Shown here: one piece after another, positions 1 to 12,465 of the stretch
Position numbering within the stretch: the first letter of the stretch is position 1
Layout of the letters: every line of letters begins with the position of its first letter
Assembly: GCA_002104905.1 (NCBI GenBank)
Contig: MCFE01000737.1
Location: 1-41,161 of the forward strand
DNA: 41,161 bases
Direction: 5' to 3'
From: Basidiobolus meristosporus CBS 931.73
Lineage: Eukaryota > Fungi > Basidiobolomycota
Position numbers and translations under genes: made by a program
The notes under the pieces: model-generated
The model's input: the letters and a program-made list of their open reading frames with translations, nothing else
Told to the model about the DNA's origin: nothing
Database searches by the model: none

Positions 1-1450
1 TGCCATTAGTCAAGAACATGTGATGCTGACCTAAATTGGAATATGCCAAAGTAAAGGCCATATGCTGAAAGCATTATGTCTACTTCTGGCAGTTTACTAG
101 TACTAACAGCCAGATTGTACATATGTGATGCAAGCTGAGTGTACTGCATTTGTAATGTTCCCTGTAATACACTGGAAGTACTGCTTGCAAGCACAATACA
201 AGTTTATGGCAATATGCTACAGTGCATATTGGCAAAATTTAGCCAAGCATCCATTGGGCAAGTGGAAGATATTGATTAACAAGCAGGAGGTATATAGCAA
301 ATATTCATAAATGATCATTAGTACAGTTTGAATGTATACCTGCACTTTTTGTTAACCACCAACAATAACTGGAATACTGTAGCTATGCAATCATCTCACT
401 TTGATGTAGTCAAGTCTAAAAATAACATTTACTAGTACCTTGATGGGATTATGGACATTAATCTGCATTGGCTCCACCCATATGACCATACTATTTTTAC
501 CAGGCACAATGTACTGCAAGGTGACCATTTCCTAAATAGATTTTGGAGCTTTGCCACATTTAAAGGAAAGAAATGAAAGGTTGGCAGACAACCAGTATAA
601 GCCCTGACCATCTATAGAAGATTTACACAGTGCTTACATTCTTAGAGTTTTAAACAAACTCAACTATATCTTGTAATAGTCTAACATTGTGAGCTTTTCC
701 CTTGGTATCCTCTAGATGTGAATGCAAAGAAAGTTTATCAAGCATATGAGCACAGTGTGCCACATTGGCGCAAATCATGGAGATACATATGGAAATGTTG
801 CCAAAGATAGAATGGGAGGTTTGTGAAGATTTGGGATGTGTTTGGATGACCTAAAGGTCTTGACTTAGGATAGCCAGTAGATCATCTATGAGTCCAAGTT
901 GATCAACTAGATCAAATCCTAAGATATATAAATGATGGTCACCATAAACACAACAGAGTGCGAGCTGGCCTGTCAGAATTCAAGAATAATATAGGTAGTG
1001 CCAATTATTTGAATCGACAACACTCTGCGCCTGAATACTCGACACCATGTTTCACGGGCTCATTTCCCCTAAATGTTCGATTGTTTGGCACAGACCTAAT
1101 GCCTGACCCAATCGTGTGCTGTAGTGGGGAATAGTCAGAGAAATTTCATAAGCCACCCTGTAGTGACTGGCCGAGTGTATTGCAAACATATAGCCATGTG
1201 CATGTGCGCACAAACGGTCACTCAACTCTTCAGGCTTCCCCCAGGAATGTCGCTGTTGACTTCCGCATACAAGGTGAATGCCCGACGCACGTCATACATG
1301 TAGAGATTGCTGACACCCAATACCTTGAAATCAAGGCGAGAAGCTTTGGCACAAACCCTTGGTAAAGTCAGGTTGTGAGAAATGCCCTGTGCTGTCAACC
1401 GAAAGCCCAACAGACACCCGATATCCACATCGCTTACCGGACCCCAGTGC
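1..1450 (-). pseudogene. Decayed ORF, possibly a fungal-specific transcription factor (Fungal_trans-like) remnant
   Basis: One minus frame, read by hand through several stops, gives ...YSTRLGQALGLCQ...WHYLYYS*ILTGQ..., loosely like the 'R.A..LGLH...RR.WW.LY..D' signature. The region is CpG-poor. Boundaries are approximate. Confidence 0.25.
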
Positions 1451-1514
1451 AAGGTAGCCCTGCCACCCCGACGTTGGCTAGAGGTATAATGGCATGATTA
1501 GTCTTGCTATTTAT

Positions 1515-2607
1515 TCATTGCACATGATATATCTTGAACATCGCTATCAGCTGATTTGCATTAAAAGACTCGTAGTATGGATATATTCTTGCCTTGGGTA
1601 CATTCTTAGATTGATTCGTAATGATCATATCCAGAACCTTGACAATGTTATCTTCTAACGACGTAAACCCTCCACTCTTGCCTATCTTCCCAAGCACCTC
1701 GACACTATGCGCATTATCGACTTCACCCGCATCTACCACCGGCTCATCAACTGACTTCAGCATGATCATTTGCGGGAAATGTTGACGCATAATCTCCAGG
1801 ATTTGCATCCAGGTATATCTTCCTGCCATAGCAATCAGACGTTCTCCGTTCACTTTATCGATGGTCAAGTCACCCAAGTGCAGCAATGCCGTGTTCTTGA
1901 CGTCGATATACTATTGGGATGGCACAATTGACGGTGCAGCGGGATAGCCCTTTACGACCGCATTGATGACTGCTGAGGAGCTGCGATAGCTCAAGTTCTC
2001 AGGTGATATGGTGATGCCAAAGTTTACATTTGGTATGACAGTATTAAAGGAGAAGGTCTGTTCATTCTCACGCACCCGTGAAAATGCTTCCTGCTCTCCT
2101 CGCGCCTTTGAAGCCCCGTAAAGCAGAATTCCATGCCAACGAGGGTTGCTCTCTCCACTCCACGGCTCGGCAGTTTATTCAACAGCTGCAGTGTTCCATG
2201 TAGTCGAGCTGATCTTATACGGTGTACCAGTTGCGGGGAGAGCACACCCGGCTATGGATGACGTTATTACAACGCACTTTACACCTTGTTCCTTCGCGGT
2301 AGCTTCTATAAGCTGATGTGATTGGATTTAATGGTCACTTTGATTATATCATGGTGTTGTGGGCTCATATCCGTGCCCATGGCCATGTGGGCAACTCCAT
2401 CCATACCTTTAAGAACCTGATCAAAGGCACCTCAACAAGCTCGAAGAGGGGGCCAACGTACGCCTTCATCCATGTATTGGATACGACCGACCGGAGAGTG
2501 CCACGAACATGGTAGCCGTGCTGCAGAAAAACCTGGGTAGTGACGCTGGCAATATAGCCGTTGGCACCAGTAACCAGAATCAGGCCTCCCGGAGGAACAG
2601 AAGTCAT
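1515..2607 (-). pseudogene. Extended SDR / NAD(P)-dependent aldehyde reductase (GRE2/ARII-like) pseudogene
   Basis: N-terminal ILVTGANGYIAS Rossmann motif; VVITSS; catalytic YGASK; C-terminal Y(I)DV and NGERLI segments. The frame is broken by a frameshifting deletion after ELVEVP (~2430), further frameshifts, and in-frame TAA/TAG stops. Confidence 0.8.
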
Positions 2608-3531
2608 TTTAGATACGGAAAAGCTGTTATGTGGAAAAGGTTTTGGTCAGGAACCTCATGGATGGGATCGACCAAATGCTTTATATGGAGAATATATCAC
2701 ATATCAGGCCAGATAACCACAGTAAAGAGCTGCGGATCAACCTTACATGGAGCAAATTCATTGTTCAAGTACACTTGAGTGTGTTACAATTAAGTACCAG
2801 AAGGTTGAAGCATGTCGCAAGGCATTAGCGTGATAACTACCTGGCTAGACACTCCTCCTCCATCTGGGTATCTACCAGGGGTAGTTTCAAGCCATGCTTT
2901 TGTTTATCGAAGAAACAAGCGTATTTACTCGGATTAGTAATCGAAACCCAAGGCGCAATATTGACCCGGAATGGTGAGGTCCCAGCACGCTTTGTAGAGC
3001 CATTTATGAGACGATTTGGGAGATCGGACCAGGGGTTGCACTACTGCCAAAACAACTGTTTCTGGACTCACAACATGTGCTTAGAGACCTTGGCGTATTC
3101 AAGATGGAATGGCCATGGCCCCCTACTTTCCTCTGCGGACCCTCTGCCCAGCTGATGGCGATGAGAGACTCACTTATCGCACAACATGTGTTTTGTTGAC
3201 GCCAAAACAGTTAGTGGGCATAAATGTCACAGAAGAGCTGATGGTCTGAAAGATTGGTGTAATCCTGCATGCCTAGGAACCTCTAGAGCAGCTACCCAAG
3301 CCTACTATATAAAGCTTAAAGAACTTCTTTTTCCCTCTGTTCTGGCCTAATAGACATGGGAATAGCTCCTCAAAGCCTATCTCAGGTTCGAAGTATGATG
3401 TCACGAAATCTAGCAGCGCCTGTACTCCTGGGAAATTTCCAACAATAAGTATCCAAAGCAATGTTGGGCTTTCTTCTTTATTAGATATGTGGAAGGATAA
3501 CCGTGCTAAATGTACTGATAGTTGATTTGGC

Positions 3532-4423
3532 TCAATTTGCGACGGCGATCTCCTGCACAAACTGCTTGATCATCATTGAAACATCTTCACTCTGTCTCAT
3601 GCAAATCACCAGATGCCCACTCTCCTTGATCACTTCAAACCTCACCGAAGTGTTGTGAAGATGATCCCGTATCGCCTCGGCGCCTTCAAGGTTGTAAGTC
3701 TCATCACGCTCGCCGTGCACCATCAGGACAGGGGCATGAATGAGTCCTAAACGAGGCAAAATATCCTCACGTTCTTGATTACTTTGGAGAATAGCGTTGA
3801 TATTTTCGGCTCCAGAGTGACGATTCACCCAATGATTCTTGATACGTTGAGCCCGTGGGCCATTCACATCTGGGTCTCCACCCCAAGATTGCATAGCCGC
3901 GTTCATGATCTCATCCGACGGAGTCTGAGTGGATGTCCAAACCCGGCCCAACAGATTGAAGGCGTCTTTCTGCTGTGGAGTAGGAGATCGAGCCGTAGCA
4001 GCCATAATGACCAAAGCCGCCACATAGGAAGGATGGGAGAGGGCTAGGTGCAGAGCAATGCTAGCTCCCATGGAGATGCCAACGAAAATGGCCTTCTCCA
4101 ATTTCAAATGGTCCTGGACATGCGTAAGCGATGAACATTTATATATTTGGATAGGCGAAGAGCGCACATACCATCAACTTGACTACATCATCGGCCTGAT
4201 CCCAGTAGGTGAACTGCTTCCGCCCATTTCTTGTTTCCCCATGGCCATTAAGGTCAACACAAATCAGATTTGTTTGTGGTAGTGCAGGAGAGAGATGAGC
4301 GATTGTCTCGTCAAACATGGCTGATGACATCCATGACGCGTGGAGAAAGACAAGTGTAGGACTTTTAGGCTCGATAGATGCCGTACTAGTCCAGTGTAGA
4401 GCTGAATCTGAGGAAGATGTCAT
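3532..4423 (-). CDS. Alpha/beta-fold hydrolase, 2 exons (4423-4172, 4113-3532)
   Basis: LVFLHA and DLNGHG motifs in exon 1. A 58-bp GTATGT...CAG intron (4171-4114) joins in frame to the GISMG nucleophile elbow, HGERD acid and SGH catalytic His. Confidence 0.85.
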
Positions 4424-5351
4424 TGGAAGGAAAATTAGGGCGGTGCTGCATGTTATACTTGAGTATCAGCCCTTTTTATATTGATGAGCGGTTGCCTTGC
4501 TAAGTTTGGTATTGTTCCAAGACAGAAGTGTTGGATACACCTGCACAACTGTTAGCAAATGCTATGCTGCGGGGCACGTGCTTACTTATAGTATCTGCCC
4601 ACGATCCAGCCATACATCGAGTTGAAGCTATGATAACGCTCTCCAGAGCCGACTGGTTTTAACCTACTTGACCTTTGGTATGGATCAGTTAAATTGGTGC
4701 TTAACACAGTCCAGTTTCAAGATTCCTGTTACGCCAGAGCACAAGCACCAATAGCGCGAACCGAGGCCACTGACTCATCCGGCGCTTTGATGGTGCGAGA
4801 ATATTTTGCATATATCATGACCGCTGGCAATCCTTATATTGCCATTCGTCATCCTCTTCTGCCTTTAGTCTCCATTAGCATCGCTCAGCGCTACTCTGTA
4901 GTACCATTTATAGGGTGTCTTTCCAGTTCAAAACAAACACCATCGTTGCGGTTTTCGAAGTCGCTTGCAATGCACTCTTCCTTCAGCATATGCCATAGTG
5001 AAATCATCAGAATTCTTTTCTAGAGAGGCTATGAATGGCTTAAACTTGGTTAACAGACTGAATAGTTTACTTTATATCGGTTCTTCACCTAGTTCATCAT
5101 TAAAGCCGTAATATTCTGCTGCCAAAGTCTCACAAATCTAACCGTCTGGGACTTGTCTTTTTCATGGCAATGATCTTTATCTTCAAATTGATCTAGATGA
5201 GTTGCTTATTTATTCGCCTGGTAAATTGTTTTTTTCCTTAACCATCCGACAGCTACCGGACTTACAGCTATAAGCTGTTAAGAATGCGACGTTCATGCCC
5301 AAAACAGCCGCAATATGCGAGCCAACCTTTTCTTTACCAGCTTTACGACTC

Positions 5352-6167
5352 TCACGGAGAGTCAGGCACCGTTGCACGGAACAATCCCTGAGTCAGTACA
5401 CCAGCTTCAAGAAAATCAATCTTGCGGTGCCAGCGCTCAACAAGGTGGTGAACATCCTCCTCAGAAATATCAGCGTTTTGTTTGGCTCCAGTGAGGAACG
5501 TACTCATATCCCGTTGTAAACGGTGGGCCGTGGTTTTACTGATGTCCTGCGCCCTCACCGTTTCAAACCCTGCACCACGTAAAACCTCCTCATATGAAGA
5601 AATCGAAATAAGATGGAGGCCGGATATGTCCAAATAATTCTCGAATTCCTTCGTACTCCGTCCATAGCAAAAGTCATTGACTACCAACACCCCGCCTGGC
5701 TTAAGTAGTTCCCGGCAGCGGGCCAGCACCTTTGGCTTGTAAGCCTCATACATTAGCGTATCCTGGGTATAGATTGCATCAAAAGAGGCAGCCTCCAGGG
5801 TGTGAGAGTATATATCCCCATGTATAAACTGCGTATTTCCACATGGGTCAAGTCGGGCACGACGGCTCTCCGCAATTGAGATCATTGTCTCCGCCAAGTC
5901 GATTCCAACCACCTTTGCTCCATGGTCAGCAGCCAAATAGAAGGCAGCACCACCTAGGCCCGATCCAATGTCTAGCACACGAATACCACTCCAGGGTCGC
6001 AACTCAGGTATTATAGTTTGCTGGAAGGCAGTTAGACCACCAGGGCTCTGAAAGCCATCACCATAGACAACTTCCGATCTTAGAATGTGGTGAGGCACTT
6101 CAAAGCGGCTTTTTTCATACTCCCGCTGGCTTGTCTCGGACTGATTATTTTCGCTGCTTGCCGCCAT
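5352..6167 (-). CDS. Class I SAM-dependent N-methyltransferase, phosphoethanolamine/sarcosine N-methyltransferase-like
   Basis: Intronless. ILRSEVVYGDGFQSPGG, VLDIGSGLGG (motif I), VVGIDL and LLKPGG..V.DFC match the PEAMT C-terminal-type domain. ATG at 6167 preferred over the upstream TTG start. Confidence 0.8.
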   Translation of the reverse strand: MAASSENNQSETSQREYEKSRFEVPHHILRSEVVYGDGFQSPGGLTAFQQTIIPELRPWSGIRVLDIGSGLGGAAFYLAADHGAKVVGIDLAETMISIAESRRARLDPCGNTQFIHGDIYSHTLEAASFDAIYTQDTLMYEAYKPKVLARCRELLKPGGVLVVNDFCYGRSTKEFENYLDISGLHLISISSYEEVLRGAGFETVRAQDISKTTAHRLQRDMSTFLTGAKQNADISEEDVHHLVERWHRKIDFLEAGVLTQGLFRATVPDSP

Positions 6168-6799
6168 TGTGATTGAAATTTGTGAGATGCTAGTGTGTGT
6201 GCTGATCTTTGGAAAGGCTAACGTTGAGTATGTTATCAACTGAAGGCGTTATATAGAGCAAATACTGCATTGCTACGCGTATCATTCTCTAGGCAATTCC
6301 TCACTTTTGAATTGCATAATTTCTGTGATGACGTACTGCTCTTCATATTTGTCTTTATTCCATATTATAATTATTACAACTACCATGACCTCAATGATAG
6401 GGGCCTCTGTGCTACAGTCAACTCTGAAGTCTGTGACAAGATTGCGCGACAATGTAAAGGCATCCTTGAGGGGCCTTACAAATCTTACTGACAGTTTCAT
6501 ATTGGCCAGTTGTTGCACAGAATTGGGACTGGTTTACGGATTGGGAATTCTGCTCATCACCCCTAAGGACTCTCTTAGCTAATGAGGATACAGTGGCTAT
6601 GTCGTGTTTATACGTCAGAGCAATTGTGCATTAAGGCAGTTGTTATCATTAGGGTTCCTTATGCTACTATACTTATGCTACTTTCTATGGACTTGTTCTT
6701 TCGGCTGCTGCTTTACATTCCTATTTGTAGTTGCTCCCTAAATCCAAATATCCTTATATAAAGCTCAAATATCTGCAAGAACCCAAGTACTAAGAGTAT

Positions 6800-7250
6800 G
6801 CTGTTTGGCAATACAAAATGTTTGTAACTTTAGACCTCATATTAGGATATGATGCACCTTGCCAACCTGTGTCTTCCAAATACAACCCCTAAGAGAAAAA
6901 TGAATCAAATGCTAGCAGAATTCTAAGCATCTTTAAGCTTACAACTGTTAGTATATTGGGTATTAGTAACCTGGTAGATAATGGGACACAATTTCTAGGT
7001 AGTTGCTACATTATATATGTTTAATATCTAACTGGTACTACATCACTCATTACTTCCATATATACCCACCACTAATAAATTGGGTGGGGAACTGAAGCTT
7101 AATGCCAGCATGGTACCATTACAATACCATCAAGAAGCTGATGTATTATCAAATGAGTTTGAAGTTTGAAACTTCTTGCAGGGAGAGTGCAAGCACTGCT
7201 ACACTTAGGGTAGTAAATAAGGGTAAGTCATTAAGCACACTGGTCCTCCC
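6800..7250 (+). mobile_element. Degenerate LTR-retrotransposon integrase relic
   Basis: Hand translation gives VTLDLI...LVDNGTQF and a YPP..N-like segment, with stops. CpG is nearly absent. Confidence 0.35.
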
Positions 7251-7349
7251 AGTCATCTCCAGTTATTAGCAGCAACAGTGGTTATACCTATGGATAATTT
7301 GCACTTTGGTAGGCTTATCTTTATTTGATACCTCTTCAAGTTGCTGCCA

Positions 7350-9000
7350 TCAGCACACTTTGTGGTGCTTTAGGGTATAGAATCCTGATAAATACAGCAA
7401 ACATATTGTGTAGTGACTAGAAACAGCACAGAAGTCAAACATGCCTAATTTATAAGTGTTCAAACTATGCACCTCATTGTACAATGAGATCTAGAGGCAT
7501 TGCATGATATTTATCTGTTGTTTGTTGAGCTCAAGTAAGGTGTTTGTACCTTGGAGATTTGCTCAGTTAGCAATAGCAATACAATAAGGATGGTTTAAAT
7601 AGCTATGTGGGGACTTTACAACCTCTGATAAGCTTGATTTTAAATTCTGCAGACAGTTTTGCAAAGTAAATTTGGGTTCAGATCTAATCATGAAGGCTTA
7701 CATAAAAGAAGGAAATCTCTAACCTTTAACTGCCACATCATTGAGTAAAAATGACATGTTTCTGTTCAACTTTAGGATTTGCACCTATAGGTAAAGGAGA
7801 TTTGCCTTGACTCCACTCTAAAAGTACAGTTCTTATAGACTATTATATTGTTTGTTCTGTTATGAACTAGCAGCCAATTTTTGGCTTGTACACTCTCTAT
7901 ACAGGAAAAATTTAAGGCTTGGCATGGTCCTTAAACAAGGTTTTATACTTTTGGTAGAGCCAGATATTCTTATTCCAGACTAGGAGCTTTACTCTCTATA
8001 TCTAATTTCTGCAAAGTCTTCATTGCAATAGACTCCTTCCACTTAAGTCATATCTATTGGTGAACCACTACACCAAGATATGATTCAGAATGCTAACTTG
8101 AAATGTTTAATTCTCAGTTCATCTTGACCTATAATTTTCTTCTAACTCAGTACAATGATATTTCTACACACTTCCTGATTAATTCCATATGCCTATTTCT
8201 GTGTTGGCAAACAATATGTGGCTAATTTAAAGGCTTACTCTTGACTGGACTTATATACCACCATTAAGCATATCAGGCTATTTTGACTCATGAAGACCCA
8301 ATGCACTCTGTATCTTGTGTATCAGTATCTTGTGAACCACCAAGTTGGCTGATTGTTCTAGCATTCTTCATCTGGTAAATATATCCAGCATCAAACTTGG
8401 TTTTTGGCTTTGCTGTCTGATTATCAAAGGCACAATCTATGAAAACCATGTCTTGATCCTCAGCTCATTATCTTGCAGCTATTTCTGTAGTTGCAATCAG
8501 CTGATGTCTTGGCAACTGCAAAGTGGTTGGATAAATCTCAGATGACTAATCACCTGGAATGGCTTGGCAGATCGGTTAATGATGCAATGACCATTTGAAA
8601 ATTGATCAGGTGAGATGGCCAAAAATAGATTCTGAGATGGGAGAAAATAAGCCATAACTGGGATTAGTTATACTTGAGTTGGGGAAAATCAGTTAGGGTA
8701 TTGGATCTTCTAAAAGTGTCAAATTGGTCAAGTTTTATATGTTGATGCACAACACCGGGGATTACTGATCTTGTTACTTGACTATACATGCATTTTACTT
8801 CAAAGCAATCATTAGTATCCAGACATATTGTTCCTTGAGTTGATCCCCATCCATAATCTTTGTATATGCACTGGCTAGCAGCTCCTGCTGTCTCAGTTGT
8901 TGCTTCATCTTGTGTAACAACAGACTTGATGCAATTTACTCCATTGAGTTTGGATAAGATATCTGTACTTTGAAAGAAAGATTATAAAGCCGGTGATAAG
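7350..9000 (-). mobile_element. Degenerate LINE-type RT relic interrupted by a solo LTR
   Basis: Broken minus-strand motifs DMVFIDCAFDN (cf. F.D..KAFD), ILFANT (cf. LFADD) and SYLGVV occur in the expected order. Many stops; CpG-depleted. Limits are approximate. Confidence 0.45.
8502..8754 (-). mobile_element. Solo LTR (253 bp) of the chromodomain Gypsy family at 37.9-40.0 kb
   Basis: Aligns end to end with 37879-38131 (same length, roughly 80% identical by eye). Termini on the minus strand are TGTTG...CATCA. No convincing TSD. Confidence 0.7.
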
Positions 9001-10079
9001 AATGCTAAAGGAAGGTTCCAGAAGTCTGTAGGTAAGCTCCAGGGATTTTGGTCAAGCTTAGAAAATTTTGATAACTTTCAGACCTGCCTTGATTCTGGAA
9101 TTTAGCTGATCTTTTACAAGCCAGATCTTGGGTGAATCCTTTATAACTTGCAGATATTCTTGGTGGAGTCTTGTGCTTTATTTATGGCTTAGGTGCAAAC
9201 CAGGTAATGAAAAATGGTCTAGGTGTAATCCATATTCTCATGGTAGAAAGTAAAACTCAGTGGGAGGTCTGTTATAGTAAAACAATGGCAAATACTACAA
9301 GCTCCTCTTTTTACCCAAGATTGTGGAAAGATCTCAAGTAATTAGCAAGCTATTATACCAACTAGTTGTACCTCTTGCTTGTTGAAATCAATATTGCCAA
9401 ATGCATCTTGAAGGGACCAGATACAAAGCATACATCACATATACTTGGTGATGTCTTGACAACTGGTGTACTACAAACAAGAGCTCATTAGAAAAAGCAT
9501 GCTAGGGACAACCTCCAGAATATCCCTACTTTGTAGAGCCTTCTCTATGCTGTATTGTAGCATGCTTTAAGCTTGCAATATATCTAGGAAATCTAGGAAA
9601 ATTCTGGCACTTGCTCTTGGGTAGGATGCAACTTTGGCTTGTTTTTAGATGCCTGCTGTCAGGTAAGAAACAAATACTCCACTGTAGATGCAATGGATTG
9701 CAGAGATACGGAAATTCAGAGGTTGATAAATAGCTACCTTTTTAGTTGGGTTGATCTTTGTATTTGATCAGCACACCATGCATGGGGTTGCTGAGTCTTT
9801 GTGGGAATTGACAGCAAAGTGATGAGGGTGGTTACTGTAGTAAGAGTTTTGGAGGTATTGGAAATGTTTGGGAGAACAAGTGGATTAGGTGGTTTCAATT
9901 TCCTTGCCTTCCCCTGATTGTTATTGCAAGGGAAATTTGATTTAGATCATGATTGCTATCTAGCGGTAACAGCCTAGATTTCTACAGACAACTACCAAGC
10001 CAGGATGCAAATTAGTCAGTTGCTCCGCATGGTAGCGTGGATTGCTCAAGGGTAGAGAGAAGCAAACACGATCATGCAA

Positions 10080-10750
10080 TCTTGAGCGGCCTACCTGAGA
10101 TATGCAAACAAGTGAGTGGGATGTTCCGGTCTTGTATGGCTGAAATGATTGCCATGATTTCATTAATACTTGGTGGCGAGAATCACCAAATGTAAAGGCA
10201 GTAATGACATGGCAATGAAAATGCAGGCGCGCTAACCGGATCACGAATCAAGCTATACATGGCCAGGAGAGTAAGGGAATGGACGGCTGGTGCTACACAA
10301 ACCCCCATGATCCAAATAGAATGGATGTGGCCCATACTAGGCGGGGCATACTCCTTTGGCAAACTATGTATAGTAATGCAACGGGATAATATCCAGGTGC
10401 ATGGGTATACGATGAAGTGTTGCACAGCTATTACTACCATCATGGCATCCAATATGTTAGTTGGTATAGGATTTTCGGTACTGACATTCGCGACCAGAGA
10501 ATGGGAGATTGTGCCAACTAGGCGGTAGCGGCCACATGTTAATCGACATCCTTACCTACAGGGTTACCTGCCTTATGAACGACTTCATGTACAACAAGGT
10601 ATGCAAATCCCCATTCATAGGTGAGGTGATCCAGAGAGAAGTAGCCCATCTAATGGGTATCAATACGCCCTCTCACACACCTGCAACAAGCATCAGCCTT
10701 GGCGAAAACATGGTAAGATTTTGATGAGACCGCAATGGGGACAGGGGAAA
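10080..10750 (+). pseudogene. Decayed protein-like frame, possibly an O-methyltransferase remnant
   Basis: A long protein-like frame whose stops are explicable by C>T changes, followed by LGGSGHMLIDIL resembling OMT motif I (VDVGGG.GH). The assignment is weak. Confidence 0.2.
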
Positions 10751-11667
10751 ACGTGCCGATATGAGAATAGGAGGACCGGGGACCAGGAAGATCTAATCTC
10801 CCCCCGCTGCATATTCGCCTATACAGTGCAGCTGAAAAGGCCCCCAGCATATTGAACGGAGGATCCATATGGGGGGCGAACTGAAGTCGACTGAATTCAG
10901 CCCACCGTATCCATCAGCAGGTGCCTGAAGGCGAACTCAGACAAATCCAGCCAACGCACGAAACAATCCCTCATTCTCATGGGAGCGGCAGTGGAGGAGA
11001 CTTGGCGAGATAGATGGGGAGAGGGAGTCTGAGAGTGAGGGGAACGAGAAACATGCCGTGGTGTGTCTGGTCTGGGATGGACCTCTACCTACCAAAGCAT
11101 TGGATCTGACTTAAGACCTATACACTATGTACCTTTCTTTCCCACCAATCGATGACTTCTTCAGCAAGAAGTCGGGAACATGACTACGGACCCATCTTCT
11201 GCCAAGCCCGATCCTGCCCTGGGATCTGGTATGATCCGTGATCAGCACCGGGTGAGGGAGGAAGTGGACGGAGAGGGGATGTGGGTGAGGGTGAGGGTGA
11301 GGTCCAGTGAGAGGGAGAGAGAATTTATGCTCTTTCAGGAGTCACCCAAGGCCCAGAGAGAAGCGGATGAACCCACACAGGATGCCACCAACCAGAAGAA
11401 CCCAAGGGTAGTGGCGGGACGACGCTTATAAGATTGGGTTTTGGCTGGGAAGGGAGGTTTATTGGGGAAGCCTAGCGCTTCTACGTTACTAGTGGCAACT
11501 AGAGCAGATGGAACAGGGGGCGGTGAATGAAGAGGGCAATGTAGGTTCACGGAAGCCGATAGACTCGCGTATGTGGATTAGATGGCAAAATTTCCGGGTA
11601 TTTGATATGGGTAGATGTGGGGTGGTGGTGGTGGTGGTGGCGAGAAAGTGAGCCCAGAGGATTTTCA

Positions 11668-12465
11668 CTACTTGGTGGCCTCCAAGGCGATGATGGGACA
11701 GTCGGTGAGGAAATCGGACCAGTAGTCTGGGTCCTGGCCGGAGTTGACGTCAAGCTCCATGTTGATCCAGCGCCAGCTGGAGAAGCCGGCCTGGCGAAGG
11801 GCCCATTCGTAGGTCGGGATGGACCACCAGGAGATGGTGAAGGTGGCGACGGATGTGTCGGTGTTGATAATGTCGTACTGGATGGTATCCCCTTCGATGG
11901 GAGTGGACACCCCGTTAAGCAAGGTCTTGATGATGGTGTATTTCTCGAGTTGCTTCCGGTGGGTCACATACTTGGCGAGGTTTTCGTTTGGGTTGTCGCT
12001 GAGGGTGACGAATTTCCCGCCGTCCTTCAGGTTGCTGGCAATCACCTCACAGAACCGCAACAGCTCGTCGGGGTTCTTGGCGTAGCATAGGAGGTACGCG
12101 GCCGAGACGACGTCAAACTTCTCCAGGTGGTCGATGGGCTCGGCGACATCCATTTCGCCCACGTTCATCACCTTGTACCGAATGCGGGAGGTGTTGGGAC
12201 ACTCCATGCTCTCGGCTATGTCAATCATGGACTTGGAGATGTCCACCCCGTAGACGAAGGAGGCTCGCATTTTGTCGCGGTATAATCTGCTGTAGTAGCC
12301 GCTGCCGCAAGCGAGGTCTAGCACTCGCTTGTCAACCATCGAGTCCCCAATCAATTTGAGGAGGGTGGGCCTCTCTATGTAGATTCGAAAGGGAAGGTCC
12401 TTGGACTTGGTATATTCATTAGCGATGGAGTCGTAAATGGCCACAGGCTTCTGGTTTACCACCAT
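11668..12465 (-). CDS. Class I SAM-dependent methyltransferase, ToxA (toxoflavin N-methyltransferase)-like family, copy A
   Basis: Intronless 265 aa. YDSIA, VLDLACGSGYY, YGVDIS, FDVVSAAYLLCYA and the C-terminal 'AGF..W.W...YWSDFL.DCP' follow the ToxA-type layout. TATATAA lies ~100 bp upstream. Confidence 0.85.
   Translation of the reverse strand: MVVNQKPVAIYDSIANEYTKSKDLPFRIYIERPTLLKLIGDSMVDKRVLDLACGSGYYSRLYRDKMRASFVYGVDISKSMIDIAESMECPNTSRIRYKVMNVGEMDVAEPIDHLEKFDVVSAAYLLCYAKNPDELLRFCEVIASNLKDGGKFVTLSDNPNENLAKYVTHRKQLEKYTIIKTLLNGVSTPIEGDTIQYDIINTDTSVATFTISWWSIPTYEWALRQAGFSSWRWINMELDVNSGQDPDYWSDFLTDCPIIALEATK

Noticed and set aside
11280-11310. TGAGGG-like repeats
   Set aside because: Part of a purine-rich low-complexity stretch downstream of the MTase; too short to call a degenerate telomere.
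11602-12090. 162-aa plus-strand ORF
   Set aside because: Antisense shadow of GC-rich MTase copy A; no motifs.
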